A stretch of 64,000 bases of DNA, taken from Octopus sinensis (Eukaryota). How positions within the stretch are numbered: the stretch's first letter is position 1; each line of letters begins with the position of its first letter. Made by a program: the position numbers and the translations under genes. Below are positions 53,500-64,000 of the stretch, in pieces. The DNA lies in assembly GCF_006345805.1 (NCBI RefSeq), contig NC_043001.1:119908001-119972000 (forward strand). Direction: 5' to 3'. Under the pieces are notes generated by a model that saw only the letters and a list, made by a program, of their open reading frames with translations, ran no database searches and was not told the origin of the DNA.

Positions 53500-54379
53500 T
53501 CTTTTACTCTTTTACTTGTTTCAGTCATTTGACTGCGGCCATGCTGGAGCACCGCCTTTAGTCGAGCAAATCGACCCAGGGACTTATTCTTTGTAAGCCC
53601 AGTACTTATTCTATCGGTCTCTTTTGCCGAACCGCTAAGTGACGGGGACGTAAACACACCAGCATCGGTTGTCAAGCAATGCTAGGGGGACAAACACACA
53701 CACACAACCCCCCCCAACCAATAATAGGTAAATTACTCTTTTACTTGTTTCAGTTGTATGACTGCGGCCATCGTACTTTTTCTAGTACCTTCTAGCAGAG
53801 TACTTTTTCTATCGGTCTCTTTTGCCGAACCACTAAGCTACAGAGCCATAAACACACCAACATCCAGTCAGGGTCTGGAGCAACTAACACAGACACACAA
53901 ATACATACATACATATACATGCATATACATACATGCATATACATACATACATACATATTCATACACACACACACACATATATATACGACGAGCTTCTTTC
54001 AATTTCCATCAACTAAATCCACTCACAAGGCTTTGGTCAGCCCGAGGCTACAGTAGAAGACACTTGACCGAAGTGTCACGCAGTGGGACTGAACCCAGAG
54101 CCATGTGGTTGGGAAGCAAGCTTCTTACTACACAGCCACTCCTGCTAGGTTAAGTTATATTTGTGAAATACTTCTTTTTAAAATTTGCTGCAGAAAGTTG
54201 TCTATGTTTGTGGTGCTAAGTGTGTTTGTGTGGGAGGGACTAAGAATGTGGGTCGGGGGCAGCAACCCGAAAAAGCTTGGGAATCACTGCTCCAGAGAGA
54301 GTTTCTCGTATGGACGTATAATGTTAAACAGCAAAGAAAAATAGCAGTAGATGAAAAGTGTCCAGTAACAGCGATGAAA

Positions 54380-54424
54380 TTGCAAAATCTAGATTTCTGT
54401 GTCTTTGCAGGTCATCAGTAGCAA
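54380..54424 (-). ncRNA. Degenerate hammerhead motif
   Basis: Minus strand TTGCTA-CTGATGA-cctgcaaagacaca-GAAA-TCTAGA-TT-TTGCAA. Core and palindromic helix III are present; helix II is poor. Confidence 0.4.
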
Positions 54425-55369
54425 GTGTCCACTCTCAGTCGCAAGCTTAGACAAAGGAACGTGTGTAATTCGATGCAGAGCACATAGCTTCACTCGTAAA
54501 GCACCATTTTTTCGATTTCTTCATAGCCTTCGCCGATATGCATCGGGAAAAGATATATGCGTATATACAAATGAATATTTACATACATACAAACAGAGCA
54601 TTTATACAGACATGCAAGGGGGTGCTGAAAAGTTCCTGGCTTTGGGTAGAAGAAAATACTGGAGGATCGTTTAATTGCGATTTTATTTAACAGATTCCTC
54701 TCTCAGATTCACAGTTATTGCAGCGGTCCTTCAATTTTTCTAATCCCTGTAAAAGTACTCGGAAGATTGGGCCTCCAACCAGGCCTTTCACGAAACCCTT
54801 AAAGCGGGGAACTTATAACATTATGCGCACATACACATAAGGTGAGATTCTGCACAGTTTCCATCAACCGATGGAATGGTAGAAAGCATTTGACCAAGGT
54901 TCATGCCATGTGACTACGCCTGTGATCACATTAATGTGAAAGGAACTGCCTAACTACACCGCCATAGCTAAAATTTTCTTTACGTGTAACCAGATACAAT
55001 GTCAAGTGTATGTAAAAGAAACCAACAACAACAAAATAACAACAAAACCGAGTACAACTAGAACCACTCACCGTTATTTTACAATTACGTAATAAACTTT
55101 ATTGTCACATACTGTAGGATTGTTATTCAGTTATTTATACGTAAACGCAAACAAGTACACGTATACATATGCACATATATACACATATGCACATATATAC
55201 ACATATGCACATATATACACACGTAAACATATATACACGTAAACAAACAAACAAGTTGACAAACGCATCGCCTTTTTTTTATAATTCTCACTACAAAAGA
55301 AACCGAACGAGGAAAATTGTGATTTATCTGTTGTTAGACCTGCATATCGTTTCTCGTATCTATAATACA

Positions 55370-55975
55370 CTAGCAGCTAAACCCGGTTTCACCCGGTCGG
55401 TTTGGATGATGTGGCTATAAAACCTGCTCTGTGTAAGCATTCGACTTGTTTGGGCACGCTTACGTTAAAAACAATTTTAGGATGACTTTTTTTCTGTCAA
55501 AACGCTAAAAATAACTGACCAAACAAAAAAGCAACCAAGATTCAACCAAAAAAAAAAAATAAACCCAAATACTAAGCGAACAAAGATGAACCGTCCCACT
55601 TCTATTGCGCGCACACGACACACACGCACAAACACAAACACACACATACACATATACATTCACATATCCCCTTTTACATACACGCACATATATTCACACA
55701 GAGTTGAAACGCTGTTTGATTCATTTTTTCATCATACAATTTTCATCATTCTACTACCAAGTATGACCCCTTCCTTTCTCATTCATGAACACAAGAGTAT
55801 TATTATAGTAGATTATTTCGGTAACCATGGGAGCTATGAAATAAAATACAAATCCCAGCAACACCACCGGATCATTCTACACATCTGAGTAATTTTTTGT
55901 GCAATTCCACCCAGCCGTTTGACTGTGAATCCCAAGACAAGAAAGAATCGCCCATATCAAATTTATATGAATAGA
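55370..55975 (-). mobile_element. Non-autonomous Helitron
   Basis: Minus strand starts A|TCTATTC and ends with a CCGGGTGAAACCGG hairpin followed by CTAG|T. Confidence 0.7.
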
Positions 55976-57304
55976 TTTATTGTCGAACGTCTTTACATAT
56001 TCAGTTAAACTCAACAAATTGACAGAATCTAAAGTTAAGTGGACTTCAAAGGTGCTTCAACATCACCTGATTATGGAACAAGGCAAACAATTTTGAATGG
56101 GGATGGGGATTAGTCGATACTAGCGACACCTGTAGCCAACTTGTACATTAATTAATCAAACCTGAAAGAATGGAAGGCAAAGTTGGTTTCTGGGATTTGA
56201 ACACAGAAAGAAAAGTGCCGAAAGAAATACCGCTAGTCATTTTTGTCCGATCCTTTTACTATGTTGCTTCTTCACCGCTCTATGTCAATTTCTAACTTAG
56301 GTATAAGGTCAATAATTTGGGCCGGGCGTTCGTTGTTTCATTGGGTCTTGTGTACTTAACTGGCAGACTTCCAACCAATTTAAGAAGAATGACAAGCAGT
56401 ATTAACTTCAATGGTATACGAATGCAAAATCTAAACTGCCGGAACAAATACCACGATTAGTTTGTCCGACGTTAACAATTCTGTCAATTCACTCTTTATT
56501 AATTACAGCTATCATTTTCTTTTTAGCATTGGCACACGATAAGGGAAAGGGTAATAATCGATTATATCGACTCCAGAATAATAATAGATATCAGGGTCAG
56601 AAGTTCGAATCTCAAAATAATATAGAAACTGGTGTGATAACTACGATGCCAAAATATATTTTACTTCATCTCTCCAGATGAAGTCAAGTGTATTTTATGG
56701 CTCAGTTGTGGGCTGCATCAATGCTTACAGAAGTTTAACAGAGAGGGTGGATGCTGATATACATTAGAATATCTGCATCTACAACCAGATTTACTCCTTA
56801 AATAAGTGGAACGAGCATACCCCAAAGAGGGAGTAAAGCGAAAGATCGAGAAAAAAAGAATGTGTGTTGTGGTATATGATGTGTTGTGTATGTTTGTTGA
56901 AGGGAGGTGGTATGATGGAGATGTGAAGTAATTTGGTCCGCAGTCATGAAGCCCCTATCCGATCCCACTGTATCTGGTGTTATGACATCACTTTCTTTTT
57001 GTTTTGTCTTATTACCACAGCCTTAACCTGAGAGGTCGATCCAAACTTTATTTCTAAAGTTGGACCCAAGGAAATTGTTTGCAGCTCCTTCGGATGGACT
57101 GTAAATATAATGAAAGGGTCAGCTTTGTGTCACACACACACACACACTGTCTCACTGATTATACTTGAGTATTACATGAGTAGGTCGTTCAGTTGATCTT
57201 ACAACCGAAATAATAATCATCAAAACCGACGGAACATCCATTTACTATTTTTGCTATGTGTACGTGTGTGTTTGAGAGCATTTGTGTGTTTCTGTGTATT
57301 TGTG

Positions 57305-57357
<53 letters not shown>

Positions 57358-57779
57358 TCATTAAGGATGGCGAAAAATCCTCTGAGATATCAATAAATTG
57401 CAAAAGATGAAAACAAAATCGAACGGACCAGACATACCAAATAAAGACTAAAATAGATATTATGAAGACCCTAATTAATATATATGTATCCCCCGCGACG
57501 AACGTTGTTTATAAAGAAAGTAGAGGAAAAGGTATATAAATAGTATGTTCTGGTGTTAGATTTCAGAAATACGAGGCTGGAAATCAATTATAGAGTTCTT
57601 AAATATTGAAACTATTGGGAATAGGGATAAACATTAAAAAAACTGCATTCGCAATCTCTTCCAGACTGGAACACCTGCATTTTTGCATTCTGTGTATGGG
57701 ACGCATTCAACTAGTCAGGTGCTCTATTTGTTGTGAACACCACTACGTGGAGATCTAGACATTGCGTGGGTGTTGATGC

Positions 57780-58800
57780 GGAGACATGCACTGAGGTTGC
57801 AACATCTCCAGTGTTTCCTTGACCATGAGCAAGTGCGGTCGCCATTTGTCAGACTGGCTTTTCCACAGCTCGCCTCTTTTACAGTCCTGGATCAAGTAAA
57901 GACGAAGACCGAAGTAGGGTGTCTGATACCCAGAGTGACGCCAAGCGCTCACAACTCCCTGGAATGCTGTCGGTGGAAGTTCCGCTTTGAAGTTCTATAG
58001 AAGGTCAGTGGCGAGCAAGAGTGACGACATTTCCGATAGAACTCTGGGTGTCGGCGAGAATTCAGGGCCTATGGATAATTCAGAAGTCTTTGGCTTGGCA
58101 GTGCTACAGAATGACATTGTCCATTTGAGATAAACTCTTATGAAAGTAATGTCAGCCAGAAATGTCGGAGATGCGTGCTAGCGATGAAACAGTTATGCAC
58201 GTATTTATTCAGTGTCCGAGAATTTCTGACCTGTGGAGTGATGTCGAACATCTGCTGCTACGTGTAGAACCGATCTGGCTATCAGATTATTCCATTATAA
58301 TGTTCGTGCTATTGCCTTTATTTGGCCGGGTAGGCAGTTTTATATGTTTGATAGTCATACTGAAAGAAGTTGTAAAGTAGACAAGACTGAAAGAGCTGAA
58401 GACCAGCACTTACCTCTTTGGACAAACTCTCATCAACCTTTTCAGGTGTTACGTGTAAAGAAAACTGAGGGTGGAGAAGGAAGTGTTACCTTCCAGCAAG
58501 TTCACTGAAAAGTAGATGGCCGTGGAGAACATGGTACCAATGAACAGGCCTGATCTATGTCTGTCTTTTTAAATAGGATGAGGACTAAACGGGGAGGGTG
58601 TATGCCTAAAAGATCAGGGTGACCGTATTTTTGTGGAATTTGTGGAATGCCTCGCACCTATTCAGGAATTATTATTATTATTTTTCATTGTTAAAATTTT
58701 CTTGTTTCCTCATTATTTCTGTGCATCTGGGTACACAGACCTCTCTGTGTTTAACTGTTTAGAACCGTTAATGAAGACGACCCCTGGGACCGATAAAAAT
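57780..58800 (+). mobile_element. L1/Tx1-like LINE 3' fragment (CCHC relic)
   Basis: CRRC..DETVMHVFIQCPRISDLW, ending at (TTC)n. Confidence 0.65.
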
Positions 58801-58897
58801 TTCTTCTTCTTCTTCTTCTTTTCTTCTTCTTCTTCTTCTTCTTCTTCTTCTTCTTCTTCTTCTTCTTCTTCTTCTTCTTCTTCTAATTATTATCGTT

Positions 58898-59108
58898 CGA
58901 GCTAGCAGAATCGTTAGTACGATGGGCAAAATGCATAGCGGTATTTTGTCTGCCTTAATGTTTTGAGTCGAAATTTCGCCGAGGTCGGCTTTGCCTTTCA
59001 TCCTTTCGGGGTCGATAAATTAAGTACTAGTGAAACACTGGGGGTTGATATAATCGACCAGTCCCCCTTCCCGCAAATTTCAGGCCTTGCGCCTTAAGTA
59101 GAAAGGAA

Positions 59109-59166
<58 letters not shown>

Positions 59167-59380
59167 ATTATTATTATTATTACTCGAGCTGGCAGAGTCG
59201 TTAGTACACCTGGCAAAATGCTTAGCGGTCCGTTTCTGCTTTCTGAGTTCAAACGCCATCGAAGTCGATTTTGCCGTTCATTCTTTTGGAGGTCGATAAA
59301 ATAAGTATCAGTGGAACACTGGGGTTGATATAATCGATTTACACCCTTCCTGAAATTACTGGTTTTATGTCATTTGAAGT
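58898..59380 (+). mobile_element. Two tandem family A SINEs separated by (TTA)n
   Basis: GAGCT.GCAGA.TCGTTAG heads at about 58898 and 59185. Confidence 0.8.
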
Positions 59381-59841
59381 CATTCATTATTGTTATCACG
59401 TTAGTGATCTTATTTTGGGATTATGTACAATGCTTAGATTTGATTTTATGTCATTTTTTTGCATTTTAATAAATTTACTTTACAAAAACGCATAACTGCA
59501 CCTCTCTCTTATTGTGATATTTTATGTGTCTTTTATGTGTTCACTCTCAATAGCAAGCTTAGACAAAGGAGTGTGTGTAACTCGATGCAGAGCACATAGT
59601 TTCACTCATAAAGCACCATGCACACACACGCTCACATGCATACACACGCACACACACATAGGTATGTATGTATGTATATATGTATGTATGTGCGTGTGCG
59701 TGCGTGCGTGAGTGTACATATGCGTGTGTGTACACATGCATGTACATATGTACGCACATATACTACACACACTACATACACACATACACACACTCATACA
59801 TACATGATACTTACATCCATCCATCCATCCATCCATCCATC

Positions 59842-59875
<34 letters not shown>

Positions 59876-60487
59876 TTCAGGACTAAGTTCTAGAGTGATG
59901 GTTGTGTCATTGCATTCTGTTTCATAATATCTCCAATTATTTGGAGGATCATTTCTGTCCTTTAATCTCTACATTCTAGCTCGTATCTCGACTTCTCTAT
60001 ATCTAAACTTAGATAATTTCTGAATTTCTTTCTGAAATGCTATATTATCATTTGTCAAAGTGATATATCGAGAAGACATTTCTTATCCTGATAGTCTTTG
60101 ACAGTACTATCTGGATGATTAACCTTAATCTCCTTTTGTGCATGAGTTATCTTCTTCCAGAATATGGACGCTTTGTTATATTCTTGGAACTATTGAAGCG
60201 TAGGCTCATTCCGTTTCTTTTCTGTCGATATTTTATAATTCTCTCTTTTACTCTTTTATCTGTTTCAGTCTTTTGACTGCGGCCATGCCGGAGCACCGCC
60301 TTTAGTCGAACAAATCGACTCCAGGTCTTATCCTTTGTAAGTCTAGTACTTACTCTATCGGTCTCTTTTGCCCTATCGCTAAGTTACAGGAACGTAAATA
60401 CACCAACATCAGTTGTCAAGCGATGGTGGCGAGGGGACAAATACAGAATACAAACATATACATACATACATACATACATACATATAC

Positions 60488-60549
<62 letters not shown>

Positions 60550-62229
60550 GACGGACTTCTTTCAGTTTCCGTCTACCAAATCCACACACCAGGCGTTGGT
60601 TGACCCGAGGCTATAGTAGCAGACACTTGCCGAATTTGTCACGCAGTGGTACTAAACCCGGAACCATGTGGTTAGTAAGCAAGCGACTTACCACACAGCC
60701 ACTCCTGCGCCTAATAGTTTATCTTTTTTCTTTTACTTGTTTCAGTCATTAGACTGCGACCATGCTGGGGCACCACCTTGAAGAATTTTTAGTCGAATGA
60801 ATCGACCTCAGTACTTATTATCATTATTTTTCGCTTGTTTTGTAAGCCTGGTACTTATACTATTGGCCTCTTTTACCGAACCGCTAAGTTACGGGGATGT
60901 AAACACACCAGCACTGGTTTTCAGGCGATGGCAGTGGATAAACACAAGGAACAAGACACACAAGACCCGAAAATGATTTTTTGTTTTGTAGAGAATTTTT
61001 AATTAAGACCAACTTCACATGTGATTCCCAGAACCTTTTTTTTTCGCATGATTTTTTAAAAGAAAAATACCAAGTATTGTTTTCAACGGTTAGATTTAAA
61101 TTACATTGGTACCGTTTTCTTATTGGATATTTCTCGAAATTACTCGCCCTATGCTTCATATATGGAGTTATAATTAGCCAATCTATACAGATCTAAAAAG
61201 AGGAAGTTATCGATATTTTCATATTTTTATATCACCCCCCCCCCGTTCATCTGTTAGTTGCGGTTTAATAATTGACATGATTCCCATCACTTTTACACAG
61301 CGACAGGAACAAATAGGCATGAAACTCATACGTCCAACGTCTCTGCACTTTTTTAAATTCTAGTTTTTCTGCACTAATGAGTAATTTAATATTTGCGAAT
61401 TTTAAAATGAATTTATATACCGATGTACGAAACGATCATATGCATGAATAAACTTCTTACAACTTCTTAACATCTTATCTCATCCATTTTTAACAGATAT
61501 GATTAGATTTATAGAACTTCATTCTATAACTTAATCATACACTTAATATACTATATACTTACATATGTATATACGTATATATATACTTGTACGTATATAA
61601 ATACGCATGTAAATACATATATACATATATATACGTGTATGTAAAAATAAACACACACGCGCACACACACACATCCCCCACACATATGTATATGTAAATA
61701 CATGCATACACACACATATACACACACACATATATATATATACAGTCAGTAACAAAAATCAGTATATCTCTGCCTGTTGCAGTCAATTTCTTAATTTCTT
61801 TTTTCTTGTTATAATTAAATTTCTCGCACAAGCAGTGGTATCGTATGCATCTCATTACAACTGCGTTTTTATACCAACAATAACAAAATCTGCATTGGAC
61901 ACGGTATAATAAATAAAAGTAGTAATATTACATTTACTTGGTTCCAAAAAATGAGTCTTCCGTGTATTGAAAAGAAAATCAGATTTCATTTGTAATATCT
62001 CTCGTTGTTGATAATTGTCCCTAGATGCCTAGATACAGACTATTTATACAAATAGCTGGTAAGACATGAGTCTGTTCTTCTGAGATGATGCCTTTGAGCT
62101 GATGGAGAATTGATTGTTGCCACTCTTCAGTTTCCCCTCTTTAGAACTACCTACAGGTGACACACTGGGCCAGTCTATTACCTCCTCTTACGAAACACTG
62201 CCGTTGCTCGAGTAGAATGCGCGGGGTCA

Positions 62230-62784
62230 TTGTCGAGTATAAACAGGGTACCTTGGCCAAAGAATTCTTAGTGACTGCAGTATGTTTTCTTCCAGGATGT
62301 TGCAGTATTTATCAGTCTCAATGATACCATCATCAATGATATGTAGACTGTCGACACTGAGGATATTGAACTGGACACAACCACATCTTCTCTACTGTGA
62401 GTCATAAGTAGGTGTGGAGCAGCTCTTAGCATCTGTTTCTTCAAGTGTCCACCCCACCTTTGGCTCACCATCAAATCTAAATAGGCTAAATTTTGTCTCA
62501 TTCAGTTAAAGCACCTTATTCTAGAATACCTTAGCTTTGACCATGTGAACATTGGCGAACTCCAAACGGGTGTCTTTCTGCTGCTTCTTCAGCAGTAGTT
62601 TCCGTTGTGGTTGCTGGTTATGCAGACTTGAGGAGGAACGCAGAGTGCGCCGAATGGTTTGCGCTGATGTCATGTTGTTAGTAACGTCAAACACTTCCAC
62701 AACAAGATTTGATGCGTTTTTTCAGCGACCTTTAATGACCTTTCTTGTGGTCTGATGTGGTAGTCGCTCAGTGATTTTCTTTGA
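62230..62784 (-). mobile_element. Tc1-like transposase fragment
   Basis: RKLLLKKQQKDTRLEFANVH...NETKFSLFRFDG (DETK-like). TIR-like TACTGGATGTTCAAAGAAAATC at 62784. Confidence 0.65.
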
Positions 62785-62839
62785 ACATCCAGTACGGGCA
62801 GTCACAGGTTTCACACACACACACACGCACACGCACGCG

Positions 62840-62878
<39 letters not shown>

Positions 62879-64000
62879 CACACACGAACACACACGAACA
62901 CAGAGGCAAGTACAAGCACACACGCACACCACACACACACGCACACAGGCACACACGCACACAGGCACACACACGCACACAGGCGCACACACGCACATAT
63001 GCACACATACGCACACACACACTATATATACCAGATTACCCATAGTCAAAAACAATATCATTAGTCGATTCTTCACAACCCTTACATGTTCTGCAGTGGG
63101 TTTTTATATTCCATTTCACTTTTTAGTAGCTTCTAGTAGGAAGGCTTTTAGTTTTGTGTTTCAAAAGTCCATTCTTATATTTGAGACTTGCACTTCTTGA
63201 CTACTGCCGGACATTTTCTTTATCTAAACCCCTTTCGCTTAACACTGTCTGCTATTGGCAAACATTTTAGAATTACATTTTGTAATCCCATTCACAATGT
63301 ATCCTTTAATTATTTATACTAATTTCTGTCATTAATTTTCCATTCCCCCCCCCTTCGCGGCAGCCTGTTACTTCGGCCTCTTTATTAGTTTTGTTGGTTT
63401 CTTCGTTGACAGAAAACCGTTTAATTTAAATTTTGTTATGTTTTACATCTATGTATATCAGCCACTCTTTACTGTTTCGTAGATAATCTGTTCTTCCTTA
63501 ATAAATATTTTATAAATGTGTTTGTGTAACATCAATAATTCAGTATCGTTTTTTGGGTGGTGGCTTCGAAACGCAGTCATTACTTTACTTCTATTTTGCT
63601 AATTCTTTTAGCGTCCAGTTAAGAATATTAAAAATATATTAATGACGTATGTGATCTGTTACCTTTATTTTTAGTATTTAACCCTTGGTCTACCAGAGAA
63701 AATGCCTGTCACTAATTACCAACTGAGTCCAATGGACCCAATATTTTTCTTTTAATTAATCTTTATTCAAGCTACCACTATTTCTTGGCTACATTATATA
63801 TGCTATCAGGTGAATGAAGAATTACAGCTTATAGAATATATTATAAATTAAGAAAAATGACAAAAATACAGAATTACAGCTCTTCATGGCAATGAATGCA
63901 GACAACATTGGAATATTCTTGGCAAATATGGTTATTACAATTCTTACATGTAGTACGAGTTTTCCTGTCTTCTTTTTATGGACCACACAAAGAACATCTT

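Noticed and set aside
58898-58990. tRNA-like A/B boxes
   Set aside because: These are SINE heads continuing into the SINE core, with no complete cloverleaf.
34328-63200. Many ORFs rich in YI, CV, HT, poly-R/S/I/N
   Set aside because: These are translations of (TA)n, (CA)n, (TTC)n and (ATT)n microsatellites.

Overview
AT-rich eukaryotic genomic DNA with very dense microsatellites. The SINE families and repeat landscape suggest a cephalopod, probably Octopus (inference). One intact gene is supported: a 10-exon DEAD-box helicase DDX20/Gemin3 on the + strand (CDS 330-25506; 3390 nt spliced, 1129 aa). All of its introns are GT-AG and phase-consistent. Tail-to-tail with it (about 25.7-32.3 kb, - strand) lie several splice-site-bounded, protein-like segments full of stops and frameshifts, read here as an unidentified decayed gene. 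The rest is transposon debris: tRNA-derived SINEs, RTE, R4/Dong-like, L2/CR1-like and L1/Tx1-like LINE fragments, Penelope-like elements, mariner/Tc1/pogo/piggyBac-type elements and non-autonomous Helitrons. The most notable unannotated signal is a cluster of type I hammerhead-ribozyme motifs with palindromic helix III at 33.8-40.7 kb, plus weaker relics elsewhere. Two of them sit in an apparently exact 777-bp tandem duplication, a retrozyme-like arrangement. All coordinates and pairings were read by eye; no searches or folding were run.
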